Shown here: positions 1 through 11,026 of the stretch, in pieces
Layout: each line of letters starts with the position of its first letter
How positions within the stretch are numbered: the first letter of the stretch is position 1
Assembly: GCA_963665125.2 (NCBI GenBank)
Contig: CAXXUK010000001.1
Location: 1,696,001 to 1,760,000 of the forward strand
Direction of reading: 5' to 3'
Length of the DNA stretch: 64,000 nucleotides
Source of the DNA: an uncultured Desulfarculus sp.
GTDB lineage: Bacteria; Desulfobacterota; Desulfarculia; Desulfarculales; Desulfarculaceae
Notes under the pieces: model-generated
The model's database searches: none
Seen by the model: only the letters and a program-made list of their open reading frames with translations
What the model was told of the DNA's origin: nothing
Program-made: the position numbers and the translations under genes

Positions 1-182
1 GTGTTCATTTCAATTATTCGTATAATGCACTGAAATTAAAAATAAAACATGTTGATTGCATTTTTTACTTTATAGTTTAAATTTATAATTTAAGCTTGAT
101 AGCAACTTGCGGTTGGGGATATGGAGTCCACCTGCTTTTGTTTTAGAGCTAAAGGCCGTTCCGGCAAGATGGGCAGGCAAGC

Positions 183-1115
183 ATGACACTAAAGAATCAA
201 TTTAAAATCAAAGAGTTGGAAATAGCCACCGGCGTTCCCCGCTCGACGATCCACCACTATGTAAACCAGGGATTATTGCACCGCCCTTTGAAAACCAGTC
301 ATACCATGGCCTACTATGACGACACCCATATCAAACGGCTTGAGGCCATTCAAAAAGTAAAACTGGAATACCTGAAAAGGACTAAAAGTACCCGCATCCC
401 CCTGGACTACATCAAGCACAAACTCAGCGAAACATATTCCCTGGTCAAGCCGCCAGACGACGCCCCCCAGGCTTCTCCGGACAACGCCGACCCCAAAAGA
501 CAACAAAAGAAGGAGGCCATTATCGAAGCCACCCTCCAGCTATACGCCCACCGGGGCTACTACCTGACCAACATCCGCGACATCGTCCGGGCCGTGGGCA
601 TCACTTCGCCCACCTTTTACCGCTATTTCAAGGACAAACGCGAGTTGTTCGTCGAAACCATCGAATACGTGGTCAGGAAGTACACAAAAGAGATAAAGGA
701 GGCCATGAAGAACGAGAAAGACCCTACCCAGCGCTCCAAAATCATGTTCAAAATTTTTTACGCCCATTACCCGATGATGGGCGAGATCCTGAACCAGCTC
801 CGCTCGGGAGTGATAATCGGCGACCCTTGGAGCTGTGAGCGACTGTCGCGGCTTTACCGGGAGATGATGGGAAACCTGATCAGGGAGCTTCAGGGCGGAA
901 TGCGCAACGGCATAATCCGCAAGATCGATCCGGTTTTGATGGCCTATTTCAACCTGGCCGTAAACGAAGCGGCCATCCACCTGACTTCCATGGACAAAAG
1001 CTACAGCATTGACGTTGCAATGAGCTTTGCCGGAGAGATACTCAACAATGCGTTTTTAACCGACAAAGGCAACAAGGAATTCAATGTCTTTTACAAGTCA
1101 AGTGGGCAGGACTGA
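183..1115 (+). CDS. MerR-HTH / TetR-family fusion transcriptional regulator
   Basis: N-terminal MerR-like HTH (FKIKELEIATGVPRSTIHHYVNQGLL...YYDDTHIKRL), then a TetR HTH (KKEAIIEATLQLYAHRGYYLTNIRDIVRAVGITSPTFYRYFKDKRELF) and a TetR C-terminal domain. Confidence 0.85.
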   Translation: MTLKNQFKIKELEIATGVPRSTIHHYVNQGLLHRPLKTSHTMAYYDDTHIKRLEAIQKVKLEYLKRTKSTRIPLDYIKHKLSETYSLVKPPDDAPQASPDNADPKRQQKKEAIIEATLQLYAHRGYYLTNIRDIVRAVGITSPTFYRYFKDKRELFVETIEYVVRKYTKEIKEAMKNEKDPTQRSKIMFKIFYAHYPMMGEILNQLRSGVIIGDPWSCERLSRLYREMMGNLIRELQGGMRNGIIRKIDPVLMAYFNLAVNEAAIHLTSMDKSYSIDVAMSFAGEILNNAFLTDKGNKEFNVFYKSSGQD

Positions 1116-1136
1116 CAGATCCGGCCGGCGGAAATG

Positions 1137-1169
1137 GCCGGGGCCGCGCCCGAGCGGCACGGCCCCGGC
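1137..1169. terminator. GC-rich hairpin between convergent genes
   Basis: gccggggccgcgcc / ggcacggccccggc inverted repeat between the regulator stop and the esterase stop. Confidence 0.5.
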
Positions 1170-1203
1170 GGCCGAGATCCACGGCTTCACCGGATGTCAA
1201 TCG

Positions 1204-2385
1204 CTATTGCCGACAGCCGTAGACCGCGGTTTCGAATTCCAGATAGTTGGTGAAGGACACCTCATCGGCAAAAGGCAGGACCTGGGTGGTCCAAAAACCG
1301 CCGAGGCCGTTTTGCTGGTCGATCCAATAATACGAGTTGGCCAATCCGGCCCAGCCCAAGGCTCCGGCCGGCCTTCCGGTGGGGGCCTGTTCGTCGTTGA
1401 TCATAAAGCTGTAGCCCCATGACTTGGTAATTTCCGGGAAAAACTCCGCGTCATTGCACAGGCTGGGGATCGTAGTTTGTAACGGGGTGATTTTCCTGGC
1501 GCCCAAACCGTTGTCGGCCATCTGGGCCACGGTCTCGGGTTTGAGCACCCGGCCCGCCTCGCCTTGGCCCTTGTTGAGCAGCATCCGGATGAAGCGCATA
1601 TAGTCGCCAACCGTGGAATACAAGCCCTGGCCGCCCATGAACACTTCGGGCTCCTGGGGCAGTTGCAGATCCGGCAACGGCGTCAATGACCCGTCCTCGC
1701 CGCGCTGGTGCAGCACGGCCAGGCGCTCGCGCATGCCGTCGGTGATGAAAAATCCGGTGTCGTTCATGCCCAGCGGCTCGAAAATACGCTCCTTCATCAC
1801 CTGGTCCAGGCCCTTGCCGGCGATCCGTTCCACCACCTGGCCGCACCAATCCATATTGACGCCGTAGGCCCACCCTTCTCCAGGATCGAACAGCAGCGGT
1901 GAGGTGATGGAGGCCTTGCTACAGGTGATAATGCTGGGCTGGCCATGTTCCGAAAGCAGACGCAGGTAATCCTCGTTCAGGAATTCATAGCCGAATCCGG
2001 CCGTGTGCAGCATAAGCATCCTGGTGGTGATGTCGCGCTTGGGGGGGCGCAGAATCGGGTTGCCCGAAGAATCAAAGCCCTCGATCACCTTGATATCGCC
2101 CAACTCCGGGACATACTTTTTGGCCGGGACGTCCAGTTCCAGACGGCCCTCCTCCACCAGTTGCATGGCCGCGGTGCCGGTGATGGCCTTGGTGCAGGAA
2201 AATATGCAGACCACGGTGTCGGTGGTCATTGGATCTTCCTGGCCCAAGGTTCTTACTCCGGCCGCGCCCTGGTAGAGCATCTCATTGGGGTCGGTGACCA
2301 TGGCCACTACTCCCGGAACCCTGGTCTGCCCGGATGTTGCTTTGGCCAAAACCTGATCGCATCTGTTTTGCAAAGGCGTTCCCAT
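1204..2385 (-). CDS. Serine hydrolase, beta-lactamase fold (family VIII/EstB-like esterase)
   Basis: SxxK motif (FSCTK), [48 protein letters not shown] upstream. Confidence 0.9.
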   Translation of the reverse strand: MGTPLQNRCDQVLAKATSGQTRVPGVVAMVTDPNEMLYQGAAGVRTLGQEDPMTTDTVVCIFSCTKAITGTAAMQLVEEGRLELDVPAKKYVPELGDIKVIEGFDSSGNPILRPPKRDITTRMLMLHTAGFGYEFLNEDYLRLLSEHGQPSIITCSKASITSPLLFDPGEGWAYGVNMDWCGQVVERIAGKGLDQVMKERIFEPLGMNDTGFFITDGMRERLAVLHQRGEDGSLTPLPDLQLPQEPEVFMGGQGLYSTVGDYMRFIRMLLNKGQGEAGRVLKPETVAQMADNGLGARKITPLQTTIPSLCNDAEFFPEITKSWGYSFMINDEQAPTGRPAGALGWAGLANSYYWIDQQNGLGGFWTTQVLPFADEVSFTNYLEFETAVYGCRQ

Positions 2386-2442
2386 ATACTCTCCTTGCTA
2401 CGGGTATACAGGCACGCTAGTCTCTGGAACGCGCCGGGCGCC

Positions 2443-2476
2443 GCTTCGTTTTGGCAAGAATGCTTCCGGATGGCAA
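2443..2476 (-). promoter_or_regulatory. Putative AraC-family direct-repeat operator upstream of the esterase
   Basis: Two 15-bp direct repeats, minus strand TTGCCA-N4-GAAGC (2462-2476 and 2443-2457), between the AraC gene and the esterase. Confidence 0.5.
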
Positions 2477-2488
2477 AAAAGACGGATT

Positions 2489-3499
2489 TTACCGCCGGGC
2501 CATTTTGCGGGTATGGGAGGGCAATTCACCAAAGCGTTTCTTATAGGCCCTGGCGAAAATGCTGAAATTGGCATAGCCCCAGTCGGCCGCCACGTCAGAG
2601 ACGGTTCGCTGGCCCCGGCTGGCCAACAGGTCGCGCCGCACCCCTTGCAGGCGCTGCTCCCGCAAAAAGGCGTGTGTGGTGGTGTTGCGGAAGCGCCGGA
2701 AGGCGGCCGAAAGCGTGCGCACGCTGACACCCACCGCCTTGGCTATCTCCGTCAAGGTGGGGACCGAGCTTGCATAGGCTTCAATATAGCTTTCGGCCCG
2801 GCGCACATAATGGGGCGCGGCCCAGCGCGGCCCCGGCCCCAGCTCATACCGGGCATGCCCCGCCCAGTTGCGCAGCAACTCCACGCAGACCATCTGCTCC
2901 AAATGGGCCGCCACACGGCTTTCCTTGAGATCGCCGGGTATCTCGGCGATTGTCTTCAACATATAATCCAGCGAGGCCGCCCAGGCCGAACCGGGCCCGC
3001 CGAACTTCAATTTGCGCATCCACAGCCGGTCATCGGGCGCAACTCCATACCAACGCAAGGCTGTCTCGGCCAGGGTTTTGTGGGAAATGGTAAGGTTCAA
3101 CTGCAGATGGCCGCCGTCGGCATCCAGCCAATAATCGGTCTTTGAACAATCAACGACAAAGCTCTCGCCCTCGGCGGTATGGGCCCAGTTCCTACGGTCA
3201 ACGCCATGGCGCAGGCCACCCTTCAGGGTGGTCAGAACGATCACCTTTCCGGCATCCTGGTTGAAGCTGCTCAGGGCCACGGGAACGCCGTAGCGGAACC
3301 GGGTGACGGTGACGCTCCCGACCTGGGCCGAATACATGTTGGCGTCGGGCCGCGATGACCGCCCAAGGGGCTCGACATGATAGGGCATGTAGACCTTGTC
3401 GCAGAAATCGCGTATTTCGTCCCAGTCTCTTGAATGGGTGCGATTGTGATACTGAACCGGCCTGCCACTGGCGTCCACTAACAGGGCATCGTCAAACAT
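2489..3499 (-). CDS. AraC-family transcriptional regulator
   Basis: C-terminal AraC double HTH (PTLTEIAKAVGVSVRTLSAAFRRF...TVSDVAADWGYANFSIFARAYKKRFGELPS). Confidence 0.92.
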   Translation of the reverse strand: MFDDALLVDASGRPVQYHNRTHSRDWDEIRDFCDKVYMPYHVEPLGRSSRPDANMYSAQVGSVTVTRFRYGVPVALSSFNQDAGKVIVLTTLKGGLRHGVDRRNWAHTAEGESFVVDCSKTDYWLDADGGHLQLNLTISHKTLAETALRWYGVAPDDRLWMRKLKFGGPGSAWAASLDYMLKTIAEIPGDLKESRVAAHLEQMVCVELLRNWAGHARYELGPGPRWAAPHYVRRAESYIEAYASSVPTLTEIAKAVGVSVRTLSAAFRRFRNTTTHAFLREQRLQGVRRDLLASRGQRTVSDVAADWGYANFSIFARAYKKRFGELPSHTRKMARR

Positions 3500-3900
3500 A
3501 GAGCGTCATCCATTAATCGATCACCGGCCCGTCGGATCCATTTCGTCCAACAGGCCAGGACTGAAGCTTTCCTCAAAGGCGGACCGCGTTGACCGGATGG
3601 GGAAACATGGATGAGAGGATGCGGGGTCCCTACCTGACGTATTATGGCCAACCGCCGTTCACAATGTCAATATCCCAATCAATTCAACTTGTTGGGCGAT
3701 ACCCACGGTTCAATAGCAGGAAATGGTTTATTTTGTTTTTCCATGACTGGCGAGACAGGGCAGGCCACGTACTCGAACTACCGGTCCAACTAGGCTGAAT
3801 CAGGCGATGTTGGCGCGCGGGCAAATTATCCGGCGAACAACCGTTTCAGTGGAATGTGTTTACTTTGGCAACCATCAGCAAGGACTGTATTGATAAGTGC

Positions 3901-5220
3901 TCAACTCAGAGGGCCAAAGGGCAATGTGATAAACACCCGCAGGCCGCCTTCGGGCCGGTTGGCGGCCTTGATGGTCCCGCCATGGGCCAACACGGCCTTG
4001 TGGGCTATGGTCAGGCCCAATCCGAAGCCCTTGCCGTCGGCCTGGCCCCTGCCCCGCACAAACGGCTCGAACAGCGTCTCCAGGGCCTTTGGTCCCATGC
4101 CCGGCCCCTGGTCGGAAACCTCGATGACAAAATGATTGCCGGACCACTCTGGCCGCACGTCGATGCGCACGTGCTGGCCCGCCGAGCTGTGCTGCAGGGC
4201 GTTGCGCACTACGTTCTCCAAAGCCCGGCGCAGGAGCTGGGCGTTGCCTTTTACCGTGGGCCACTGCTCACAGGCCTCGGGGTCCAGATCGGCCAGCACT
4301 TCCACGTCGACAGGCTGGGCCTCGAAACGGGCGTCTGCGGCCACGGCCAGGGTCAGGCTGCCAAGATCCAGGTAGTCGTCCATCTGGGGCGTGCCGCTTT
4401 CCACCCTGGCCAGGGTGAGCACCTCGCCGACAATCTCGTCCAGGCGTCTTGTTTCCAGATCTATGCGTTCCAGGGTGGCCTCCAGGCGGGCCGGGTCCTG
4501 ATGGACCAGGCCCACGGCCAAATGCAGCCTGGCAAGGGGTGAGCGCAGCTCGTGGGATACGACGTGGAGCATGCGCTCCCGGGCGGTCATCAACTCCTGC
4601 AGGCGCATGGCCATCAGGTCAAAGGCCCGGGCCAGATCGGCCAGTTCATCCCGGCGGCGGCCCATGTGGGCCTGGAGGCGCACGCCCAGGTTGCCCAGGG
4701 CCAGTTGGGCAAAGCCGTCCCGGATGCGCTGGATGGGCTTGGTCAAATACCAGGCCAACGTGGCGCTGAAAACCAGACCGCCCAGCAGGCCGACAACCAG
4801 TAGATGCACGGGGATATGCAGGGGGCCCGGCGGCCGGAACTCCCGGCGCAGGGCCTCGACATCATATGACAGGTTGTATTGCCCGCCGTCCGGGGCCTGG
4901 GCAACGGCTCTCAGGGGCGGCAAGGCGTCGCCTTGTTGCTCGGCCGGGTTGGCCGGGGCCTGCCCTTGGCTCACCGTAAGCAGGGCCCTCTCATTTTGCG
5001 GCCACGCATTGACAAAATCCGCCACGGCGGCAGGTCCGCCGCCATGCAGCACCGCCGCCACGGCTGCTATCTGTTGTCCGGCCAGACGCTCGGCCATTCT
5101 TACATCCAGCGGTTTGTGTTGGCTGCCGTAAAGGGCGAACACTACCCACACGCCCTCGATGATGACCATGAAAGTGATCCAGAACAGGATCAGTATTTTC
5201 CAGAACAGGCGGCCGCGCAT
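3901..5220 (-). CDS. HAMP-domain sensor histidine kinase (CpxA-like)
   Basis: Two TM helices, HAMP (RRRDELADLARAFDLM), H-box VSHELRSPLARL, N-box ENVVRNALQH, DQGPG, GFGLGL. Confidence 0.93.
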   Translation of the reverse strand: MRGRLFWKILILFWITFMVIIEGVWVVFALYGSQHKPLDVRMAERLAGQQIAAVAAVLHGGGPAAVADFVNAWPQNERALLTVSQGQAPANPAEQQGDALPPLRAVAQAPDGGQYNLSYDVEALRREFRPPGPLHIPVHLLVVGLLGGLVFSATLAWYLTKPIQRIRDGFAQLALGNLGVRLQAHMGRRRDELADLARAFDLMAMRLQELMTARERMLHVVSHELRSPLARLHLAVGLVHQDPARLEATLERIDLETRRLDEIVGEVLTLARVESGTPQMDDYLDLGSLTLAVAADARFEAQPVDVEVLADLDPEACEQWPTVKGNAQLLRRALENVVRNALQHSSAGQHVRIDVRPEWSGNHFVIEVSDQGPGMGPKALETLFEPFVRGRGQADGKGFGLGLTIAHKAVLAHGGTIKAANRPEGGLRVFITLPFGPLS

Positions 5221-5222
5221 GT

Positions 5223-5930
5223 CTAGTTCTCCCTCAGGCGGTAGCCCACCCCGCGCACGGTTTCGATCTCCACCGTCTGGCCGGCGGCGGCGGCCAATTT
5301 CTGGCGCAAGTTGCTCACGTGAACATCAACGCTGCGGTCATAGGGCTCCCTTGGACGGCCCAGGGCCCTTTGGGAAAGCTCGTCCTTGGTCAATACCCGG
5401 CCTGGCTCGCGCATCAAGGCCTCCAGCAGGTTGAACTCCGTAGCGGTCAGATCCAGGTCATTGTCCCGCCAGGACACTCGGCGCTGGTCCGGCGCCAGAC
5501 GCAGGCCGCCCAAGGCCAGAGCCTGGCCATGGCTCTGCCCGCCGCCTTCGCTGCGCCGCAGCACGGCCCGCAGGCGGGCCACCAGTTCCCGGGGATAGCA
5601 GGGTTTGGGCATATAGTCGTCGGCGCCCATCTCCAGGCCCACAATGCGGTCCACGTGGTCGCCCTTAGCCGTGAGCATGATCACCGGTATGGCGCTGGTC
5701 TGCCTGATGCGGCGCAGCACCTCGATGCCGTTTAGCCGGGGCAGCATCACATCCAGAACCACCACGTCGTGCTCCCCGCTGAGAGCGGCCGTTACGCCGT
5801 CCTCGCCGTTGTAGGCCAGGCTGGTCTCGAAACCCTCGCGGTCCATGTACTCGGCAAGCATCTCGCCCAACTCGGCGTCGTCGTCCACGAGCAGGATGCG
5901 CACTTTGTCGGCGGGGCGCCGGTTTTCCAT
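5223..5930 (-). CDS. OmpR-family response regulator (CpxR-like)
   Basis: ILLVDDD, LDVMLP, GADDYMPKP, winged helix RSVDVHVSNLRQKL...TVRGVGY. Confidence 0.95.
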   Translation of the reverse strand: MENRRPADKVRILLVDDDAELGEMLAEYMDREGFETSLAYNGEDGVTAALSGEHDVVVLDVMLPRLNGIEVLRRIRQTSAIPVIMLTAKGDHVDRIVGLEMGADDYMPKPCYPRELVARLRAVLRRSEGGGQSHGQALALGGLRLAPDQRRVSWRDNDLDLTATEFNLLEALMREPGRVLTKDELSQRALGRPREPYDRSVDVHVSNLRQKLAAAAGQTVEIETVRGVGYRLREN

Positions 5931-6042
5931 GATTTCCAGCCTCCAATGCGAATTGCCAGTACGGGCGGCAAACGCCTTTCCACCCTATTGTTACCCTTGC
6001 GGCAGGTCCGCATCCAGGGCCAATACGCCGGATCCCCCCATC

Positions 6043-6059
6043 TTTACACTATTTTTACA
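6043..6059. promoter_or_regulatory. Putative OmpR/CpxR-type direct-repeat box in the divergent promoter
   Basis: TTTACA repeated with an 11-bp period (6043-6048, 6054-6059), i.e. GTAAA-N6-GTAAA on the minus strand, between the response regulator and macA. Confidence 0.55.
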
Positions 6060-6173
6060 CATGCCTAGCGCTTCCATAACCGCAACCATGCGTCTATATG
6101 GCTATAGTTCCAAGCAAGGGCGGTGTTGAAGCCCTGGAACAAAGTGAATTTCCATTAACCAATAGGATGGGCC

Positions 6174-7388
6174 ATGAAATATCTGCCGAAAAAACCACTG
6201 CACTGGCTCCTGGCCGCCGCGATCCTGGCCGTCGCGGCCGTGGCGGCGCACGCGGCCTTTTTTTCACCACCGGAACAACCGGCATTTCTCACGTCCCAGG
6301 CAACGATGGCCGACATGGAAGACTCGGTGCTGGCCACCGGCGAATTGGACGCTTTTGAGCTAGTCAGCGTGGGCGCCCAGGCCTCGGGCCAGGTCAAGTC
6401 GCTGTATGTGGCCGTGGGCGACAAGGTGACCAAGGGCCAGCTTATAGCCGAAATCGACTCGCTGACCCAGCAAAACACCCTCAAGACAGCCAAAGCCGCC
6501 CTGCGCAGCATGCACGCCCAGCTCACAGCCAAACGGGCAACCCTGCGCCAGCAGCAGGCGTCCCTGGAAAGGCAAAAGACGCTATTGAAGGGCGATGCCG
6601 GTTCAAGAGAGGACTATGAATCCGCCCTGGCCGACCGGGACGTGACCAAGGCTGAAATCATCGCCCTGGAGGCCCAGATCGAGGAGTCCGAGGTGGATGT
6701 TTCAACCGCCGAGGTCAATCTGGGCTACACCCGGATCACCGCGCCCATGGACGGGGTGGTGGTGGCCGTGATCACCAAGCAGGGCCAGACGGTCAATGCG
6801 GCCCAGAGCGCGCCAACGATCATCAAGCTGGCCCAGCTCGACACCATGACCGTCAACGCCGAGATCTCCGAGGCCGATGTGGTGCGCGTCAAAGCCGGTC
6901 AAAAGGTCTATTTCACCATCCTGGGCGAACCGGACCACCGCTACGAGGCGGCCCTGCGCACCATCAAACCGGCCCCCGAATCCATAGAAAGCGACAGCAG
7001 CTCGTCGTCCAGCAGCAGTTCGTCTTCATCCAGCTCGGCCGTCTATTACATCGGCCAGTTCGACGTACCCAACCCCGAGGGAAAGCTGCGCATCGACATG
7101 ACCGCCCAGTGCACCATTGTGCTGTCCGAGGCCAAGGGCGCGGTTTGCATCCCCTCCACGGCCCTGGGTGAGAAGGGGCCCAACGGGCAACATACCGTGC
7201 GTGTGCTGGGCAAGGACGGCAGGCCTGAAATGCGCCACGTCCAGACCGGCATCACCGACAACACCAAGGTGCAGATCGTCCAGGGCATCCAGGCCGGAGA
7301 ACGGGTCATCGTGGGCCAGGCCCTTTCGGCCGAGGAGGAGGCCCAGCAAAACACGCCGCGCCGCGGGCCGCCGCGGATGGGGTTGTAA
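6174..7388 (+). CDS. macA: MacA-type efflux periplasmic adaptor
   Basis: [52 protein letters not shown]; directly upstream of macB. Confidence 0.9.
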   Translation: MKYLPKKPLHWLLAAAILAVAAVAAHAAFFSPPEQPAFLTSQATMADMEDSVLATGELDAFELVSVGAQASGQVKSLYVAVGDKVTKGQLIAEIDSLTQQNTLKTAKAALRSMHAQLTAKRATLRQQQASLERQKTLLKGDAGSREDYESALADRDVTKAEIIALEAQIEESEVDVSTAEVNLGYTRITAPMDGVVVAVITKQGQTVNAAQSAPTIIKLAQLDTMTVNAEISEADVVRVKAGQKVYFTILGEPDHRYEAALRTIKPAPESIESDSSSSSSSSSSSSSSAVYYIGQFDVPNPEGKLRIDMTAQCTIVLSEAKGAVCIPSTALGEKGPNGQHTVRVLGKDGRPEMRHVQTGITDNTKVQIVQGIQAGERVIVGQALSAEEEAQQNTPRRGPPRMGL

Positions 7389-7390
7389 CC

Positions 7391-9352
7391 ATGTCTTCTC
7401 CGCAGATTCAACTGCGCGGTGTTTACCGCGAATATCCCTCGGGCGGTCAGATGATGGCTGTGCTCAAGGAAATCAACCTGACCATCGAAGCTGGCGAAAT
7501 GGTGGCCATCATCGGCACGTCCGGCTCGGGCAAATCAACCCTGATGAACATCATGGGCTGCCTGGACCGGCCTTCCAAGGGCGACTACCTGTTTAACGGA
7601 CGCGACACCGCCACGATGGACGGCAATGAACTGGCCCGGCTCAGGCGGGAGCACTTCGGATTCATCTTCCAGCGCTATCACCTGCTGCCGGACTTGAGCG
7701 CCGCGGGCAACGTGGAGATCCCGGCCATCTACGCCGGCCGCGACCGCCGGGCCAGACGGGCCCGCAGCGAAGAGCTGTTGCAGCGTCTGGGCCTGGACAA
7801 CCGCCTGAATTACCGGCCGGGCCAGCTCTCCGGCGGCCAGCAGCAGCGCGTCAGCATCGCCAGGGCCCTGATGAACGGCGGTCACGTGATCCTGGCCGAC
7901 GAACCCACCGGCGCCTTGGACAGCCGCAGCGGCCAGGACATGCTGGAGCTGTTGGAAGAGCTGCACGCCGAGGGCCACACCGTGGTCATCGTCACCCACG
8001 ACCCCCAGGTGGCCGCCCACGCCCAGCGCATCATCGAGATCAGCGACGGCGAAATCATCTCCGACAGCCGGACCCAGGAAGCCAAGCCCAACCAGGACCA
8101 CACCCGGAAGCCGGCGGACGCTGCGCAACGGGCAAGCCGCTCCTGGATCACCGATTGGAGCCGTTTTTTCGAGGCGGCGCGCATGGCCCTGTTGGCCATG
8201 GCCTCCCACCGACTGCGCACCTTTCTGACCATGCTGGGCATCATCATCGGCATCGCCTCGGTGGTCTCGGTGGTGGCCCTGGGCGAGGGCTCGCACCAGC
8301 GCATCCTCAAGGACATCAGCTCCATCGGCACCAACACCATCGAGATTTTTCCTGGCAGGGACTTTGGCGACGAACGCAGCGGACGCATCGAAACACTTGT
8401 GCCCGGTGACGCCGACGCACTCAAGCAGCAGGAATACGTTGACAGCGTCACGCCAAAGGTCTCGGCCAACGGCAGCCTGCGCTACCGCAACCTGTCGCTT
8501 TCCGGCTCCATCCAGGGCGTGGGCGAGCAATACTTCCGGGTGCGGGGCTACGAACTGGACATGGGGCGGTTTTTTGATGAAAAGGCCGCCAGGGACGTGG
8601 CCCAGGAAGTGGTCATCGACAACAACACCCGCAAGAAGCTCTTCGCAAATGAGGCCAACCCCATCGGCAAGGTGATTCTCCTGGGCAAGGTGCCCGCCAA
8701 GGTTGTGGGCGTGACCAAGAAGAAGACAAGCGGTTTCGGCAACAACGAAAACCTCAACGTGTGGGTGCCCTACACCACGGCCATGTGGCGGATCAGCGGC
8801 CAGCCCTATCTGGGATCCATAAACGTGCGGGTAAGCGACACGGTGGACACCGACGCCGCCGAACAGGGCATCATCAAGCTGATGACCCAGCGCCACGGCC
8901 GCAAGGACTTCTTCACGCTCAACACCGACGCCATCCGCCAGACCATCGAGCAGACCACGGCCACCATGCGCCTGTTGATCTCGGCCATCGCCCTGATCTC
9001 GCTGGTGGTGGGCGGCATCGGGGTTATGAACATCATGCTGGTTTCGGTGACCGAGCGCACCAGGGAGATTGGCGTGCGCATGGCTGTGGGTGCGCGGCGC
9101 GGCGACATCATGCGCCAGTTCCTGGTGGAAGCCGTGCTGGTGTGCCTCTGCGGCGGCATTTTGGGAGTGCTGCTGGCCCTGGGCGTGGGAGTGGTTTTCT
9201 CCTGGACAGGCAGCAGTTTCAGCATGGTCTATTCAACGGCCTCCATAATAGCGGCTTTTGCCTGCTCCACCCTGGTGGGCGTGGCCTTCGGCTATCTGCC
9301 GGCCAAAAACGCCTCCCATCTCGACCCTGTTGAGGCATTGGCGAGGGAATGA
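7391..9352 (+). CDS. macB: MacB ABC transporter, ATPase-permease fusion
   Basis: Walker [29 protein letters not shown], FtsX-type C-terminus [28 protein letters not shown]. Confidence 0.95.
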   Translation: MSSPQIQLRGVYREYPSGGQMMAVLKEINLTIEAGEMVAIIGTSGSGKSTLMNIMGCLDRPSKGDYLFNGRDTATMDGNELARLRREHFGFIFQRYHLLPDLSAAGNVEIPAIYAGRDRRARRARSEELLQRLGLDNRLNYRPGQLSGGQQQRVSIARALMNGGHVILADEPTGALDSRSGQDMLELLEELHAEGHTVVIVTHDPQVAAHAQRIIEISDGEIISDSRTQEAKPNQDHTRKPADAAQRASRSWITDWSRFFEAARMALLAMASHRLRTFLTMLGIIIGIASVVSVVALGEGSHQRILKDISSIGTNTIEIFPGRDFGDERSGRIETLVPGDADALKQQEYVDSVTPKVSANGSLRYRNLSLSGSIQGVGEQYFRVRGYELDMGRFFDEKAARDVAQEVVIDNNTRKKLFANEANPIGKVILLGKVPAKVVGVTKKKTSGFGNNENLNVWVPYTTAMWRISGQPYLGSINVRVSDTVDTDAAEQGIIKLMTQRHGRKDFFTLNTDAIRQTIEQTTATMRLLISAIALISLVVGGIGVMNIMLVSVTERTREIGVRMAVGARRGDIMRQFLVEAVLVCLCGGILGVLLALGVGVVFSWTGSSFSMVYSTASIIAAFACSTLVGVAFGYLPAKNASHLDPVEALARE

Positions 9353-10818
9353 TGAAAACGCTTCGTAAAAACCATTGGATGGCCCTGGTGGCCTTGTGCC
9401 TCCTGCTGACCGGCTGCGGCTCGTTCCAGACCACGGCCTATCTGCGACCCCAGGTGGAGATGCCCGCCACATGGCAGGGCACGGAACCGGCCCAACCCAA
9501 GGCCCTAGCCAAGACTGAAACCACGGACCAGTCCCCGGCCGTAACCGAGGAAGAGGTCAAGGCCCTGGCCGCCGGAGCCCTGGGCTTCCATGACCCGGAA
9601 CTGGAACGGCTGCTGACCGAGGTGCTCAAGCGCAACAACAACCTGGCCGCCGCGGCCATCAAGGTGCGCCAGGCCCGTCTGGAGGCCGGACTCAAGGCCG
9701 ACGCCCTGATTCCCAAGCTGGGCGCGGACATCAGCGGCAACTACACCCGCGACCTGCATGACGCGGAAAACGACAGCTCCCACGCGGCCAGCGGTACCCT
9801 GAGCTACGAAATCGACCTGTGGGGCAAGCTGGCCAATCAGCGCGACATCGCCCAGTGGGAAGCCGAAGCCACGGACCAGGACCGCCGCACCGCGGCCATA
9901 GCCCTGGTCTGCACCACGGCAGAGCTGTATTTCCAGATCGCCTATTTGAACGAATCCATCGTCTTGGGCGAGCGGAGCATCGCCAGGTCCCAAAAGAGTC
10001 TGGATCTGGCCCGCCTGCGCCACGGCGCCGGGGCCGACTCGGCCCTGGAGGAGCAGGAAGCCCTGCGCTCCCTGGCCACCCTCCAGGCCACCCAGGAGGA
10101 TCTGCGCCGCCAGCTGGCCCAGAACCGCAGCGCCTTGGCCGTGCTCTTTGACGGCCCGCCCCAGGGCATTGTCAGCGATCCCAAGCAAATGCCCCAGGGC
10201 TCTTTGCCTTTGGTGGCCGAGGGCCTGCCCGCCGACATTCTGGGACGCAGGCCCGACCTGCGCGCGGCCGAGCTTCGCCTGCGCGAATCCCTGACCAACA
10301 TCGACGTAAAGCGCACCAGTTACTACCCCACCCTGTCGCTGACCGGCGCCTTGGGCTCCACCAGTTCGGCCCTGTTGCAGGTGATCAACCACCCCGTGGC
10401 CAGCCTGGTGGCGGGCATCAGCCTGCCGTTTTTGCAGTGGAACGAGATGAAGCTCACCACAGCCGTGGCCCAGGCCGAATATGACCAGGCAGTGGTGGAA
10501 TTCCGCCAGACGCTCTACGAGGCGCTCAAGGAGGTGGAAGACGCCCTGTCGGCCGGGCAGTATTACGACGCCCAGGGCCGAAAATTGCAGGAGGCGCTCC
10601 ATGCCGCCAAGATCGTCGAAGACATCTATGAGACACGCTACCGCAGCGGCACCGATTCCATGCAGGTGTGGCTGGACGCCCAGGACAAGCGCCAGAGCGC
10701 CGAGAGTTCGCTGCTCGGCAACCGCCTGAACCGGCTGCTTAACTACCTTGTGCTGTACCAGGCCTTGGGCGGCGAACCGGTGAAGGCCGAAAACCAGGTC
10801 ATGGCCAGCCGCGAATAG
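9349..10818 (+). CDS. Outer-membrane efflux lipoprotein (TolC/NodT/OprM family)
   Basis: Lipobox [39 protein letters not shown]; overlaps the macB stop. Confidence 0.92.
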   Translation: MMKTLRKNHWMALVALCLLLTGCGSFQTTAYLRPQVEMPATWQGTEPAQPKALAKTETTDQSPAVTEEEVKALAAGALGFHDPELERLLTEVLKRNNNLAAAAIKVRQARLEAGLKADALIPKLGADISGNYTRDLHDAENDSSHAASGTLSYEIDLWGKLANQRDIAQWEAEATDQDRRTAAIALVCTTAELYFQIAYLNESIVLGERSIARSQKSLDLARLRHGAGADSALEEQEALRSLATLQATQEDLRRQLAQNRSALAVLFDGPPQGIVSDPKQMPQGSLPLVAEGLPADILGRRPDLRAAELRLRESLTNIDVKRTSYYPTLSLTGALGSTSSALLQVINHPVASLVAGISLPFLQWNEMKLTTAVAQAEYDQAVVEFRQTLYEALKEVEDALSAGQYYDAQGRKLQEALHAAKIVEDIYETRYRSGTDSMQVWLDAQDKRQSAESSLLGNRLNRLLNYLVLYQALGGEPVKAENQVMASRE

Positions 10819-10847
10819 GCTTGACCGCTTCGGGTGACATTCAGAAT

Positions 10848-10889
10848 AAAAAGCCAGGGAGCTGGGTTGTCCTAACTCCCTGGCTCTTT
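10848..10889. terminator. Intrinsic terminator, probably bidirectional; may be the original tRNA-operon terminator
   Basis: agccagggag / ctccctggct stem with an A-run on the left and T-rich sequence on the right. Confidence 0.7.
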
Positions 10890-10899
10890 ATTTAATAAG

Positions 10900-10947
10900 T
10901 GGCGGGGACGGCGAGACCAACCCTCACGGCCTCCGGCGTGACGGGCC
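10900..10947 (-). repeat. Degenerate 3' half of tRNA-Asp (distal att-like site)
   Basis: 40/48 nt identical by manual alignment to 19802-19849, from CCA through the anticodon arm. Confidence 0.85.
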
Positions 10948-10987
10948 CGGCCGAGAAACGCACCCCACTCAATTTCAAAACCCGCGC

Positions 10988-11016
10988 CTGCGGGGCTTCT
11001 TGGAGAAGCCCCGCAG
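10988..11016 (-). terminator. Hairpin downstream of cooC
   Basis: ctgcggggcttct-tgg-agaagccccgcag, a perfect 13-bp stem. Confidence 0.6.
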
Positions 11017-11026
11017 TCAGGCCAAA

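Noticed and set aside
1204..2385. Class C beta-lactamase resistance gene
   Set aside because: No signal peptide, and the motifs fit cytoplasmic family VIII esterases better
6990..7038. Poly-serine tract in MacA
   Set aside because: Encoded by mixed Ser codons, so not a slippage repeat; Ser-rich loops before 'AVYY' are common in MacA homologues
7535..8896. Long antisense ORFs (also 9505-10602, 20724-21752, 22584-23906, 29187-30164)
   Set aside because: Shadow ORFs opposite well-supported genes, expected in high-GC DNA
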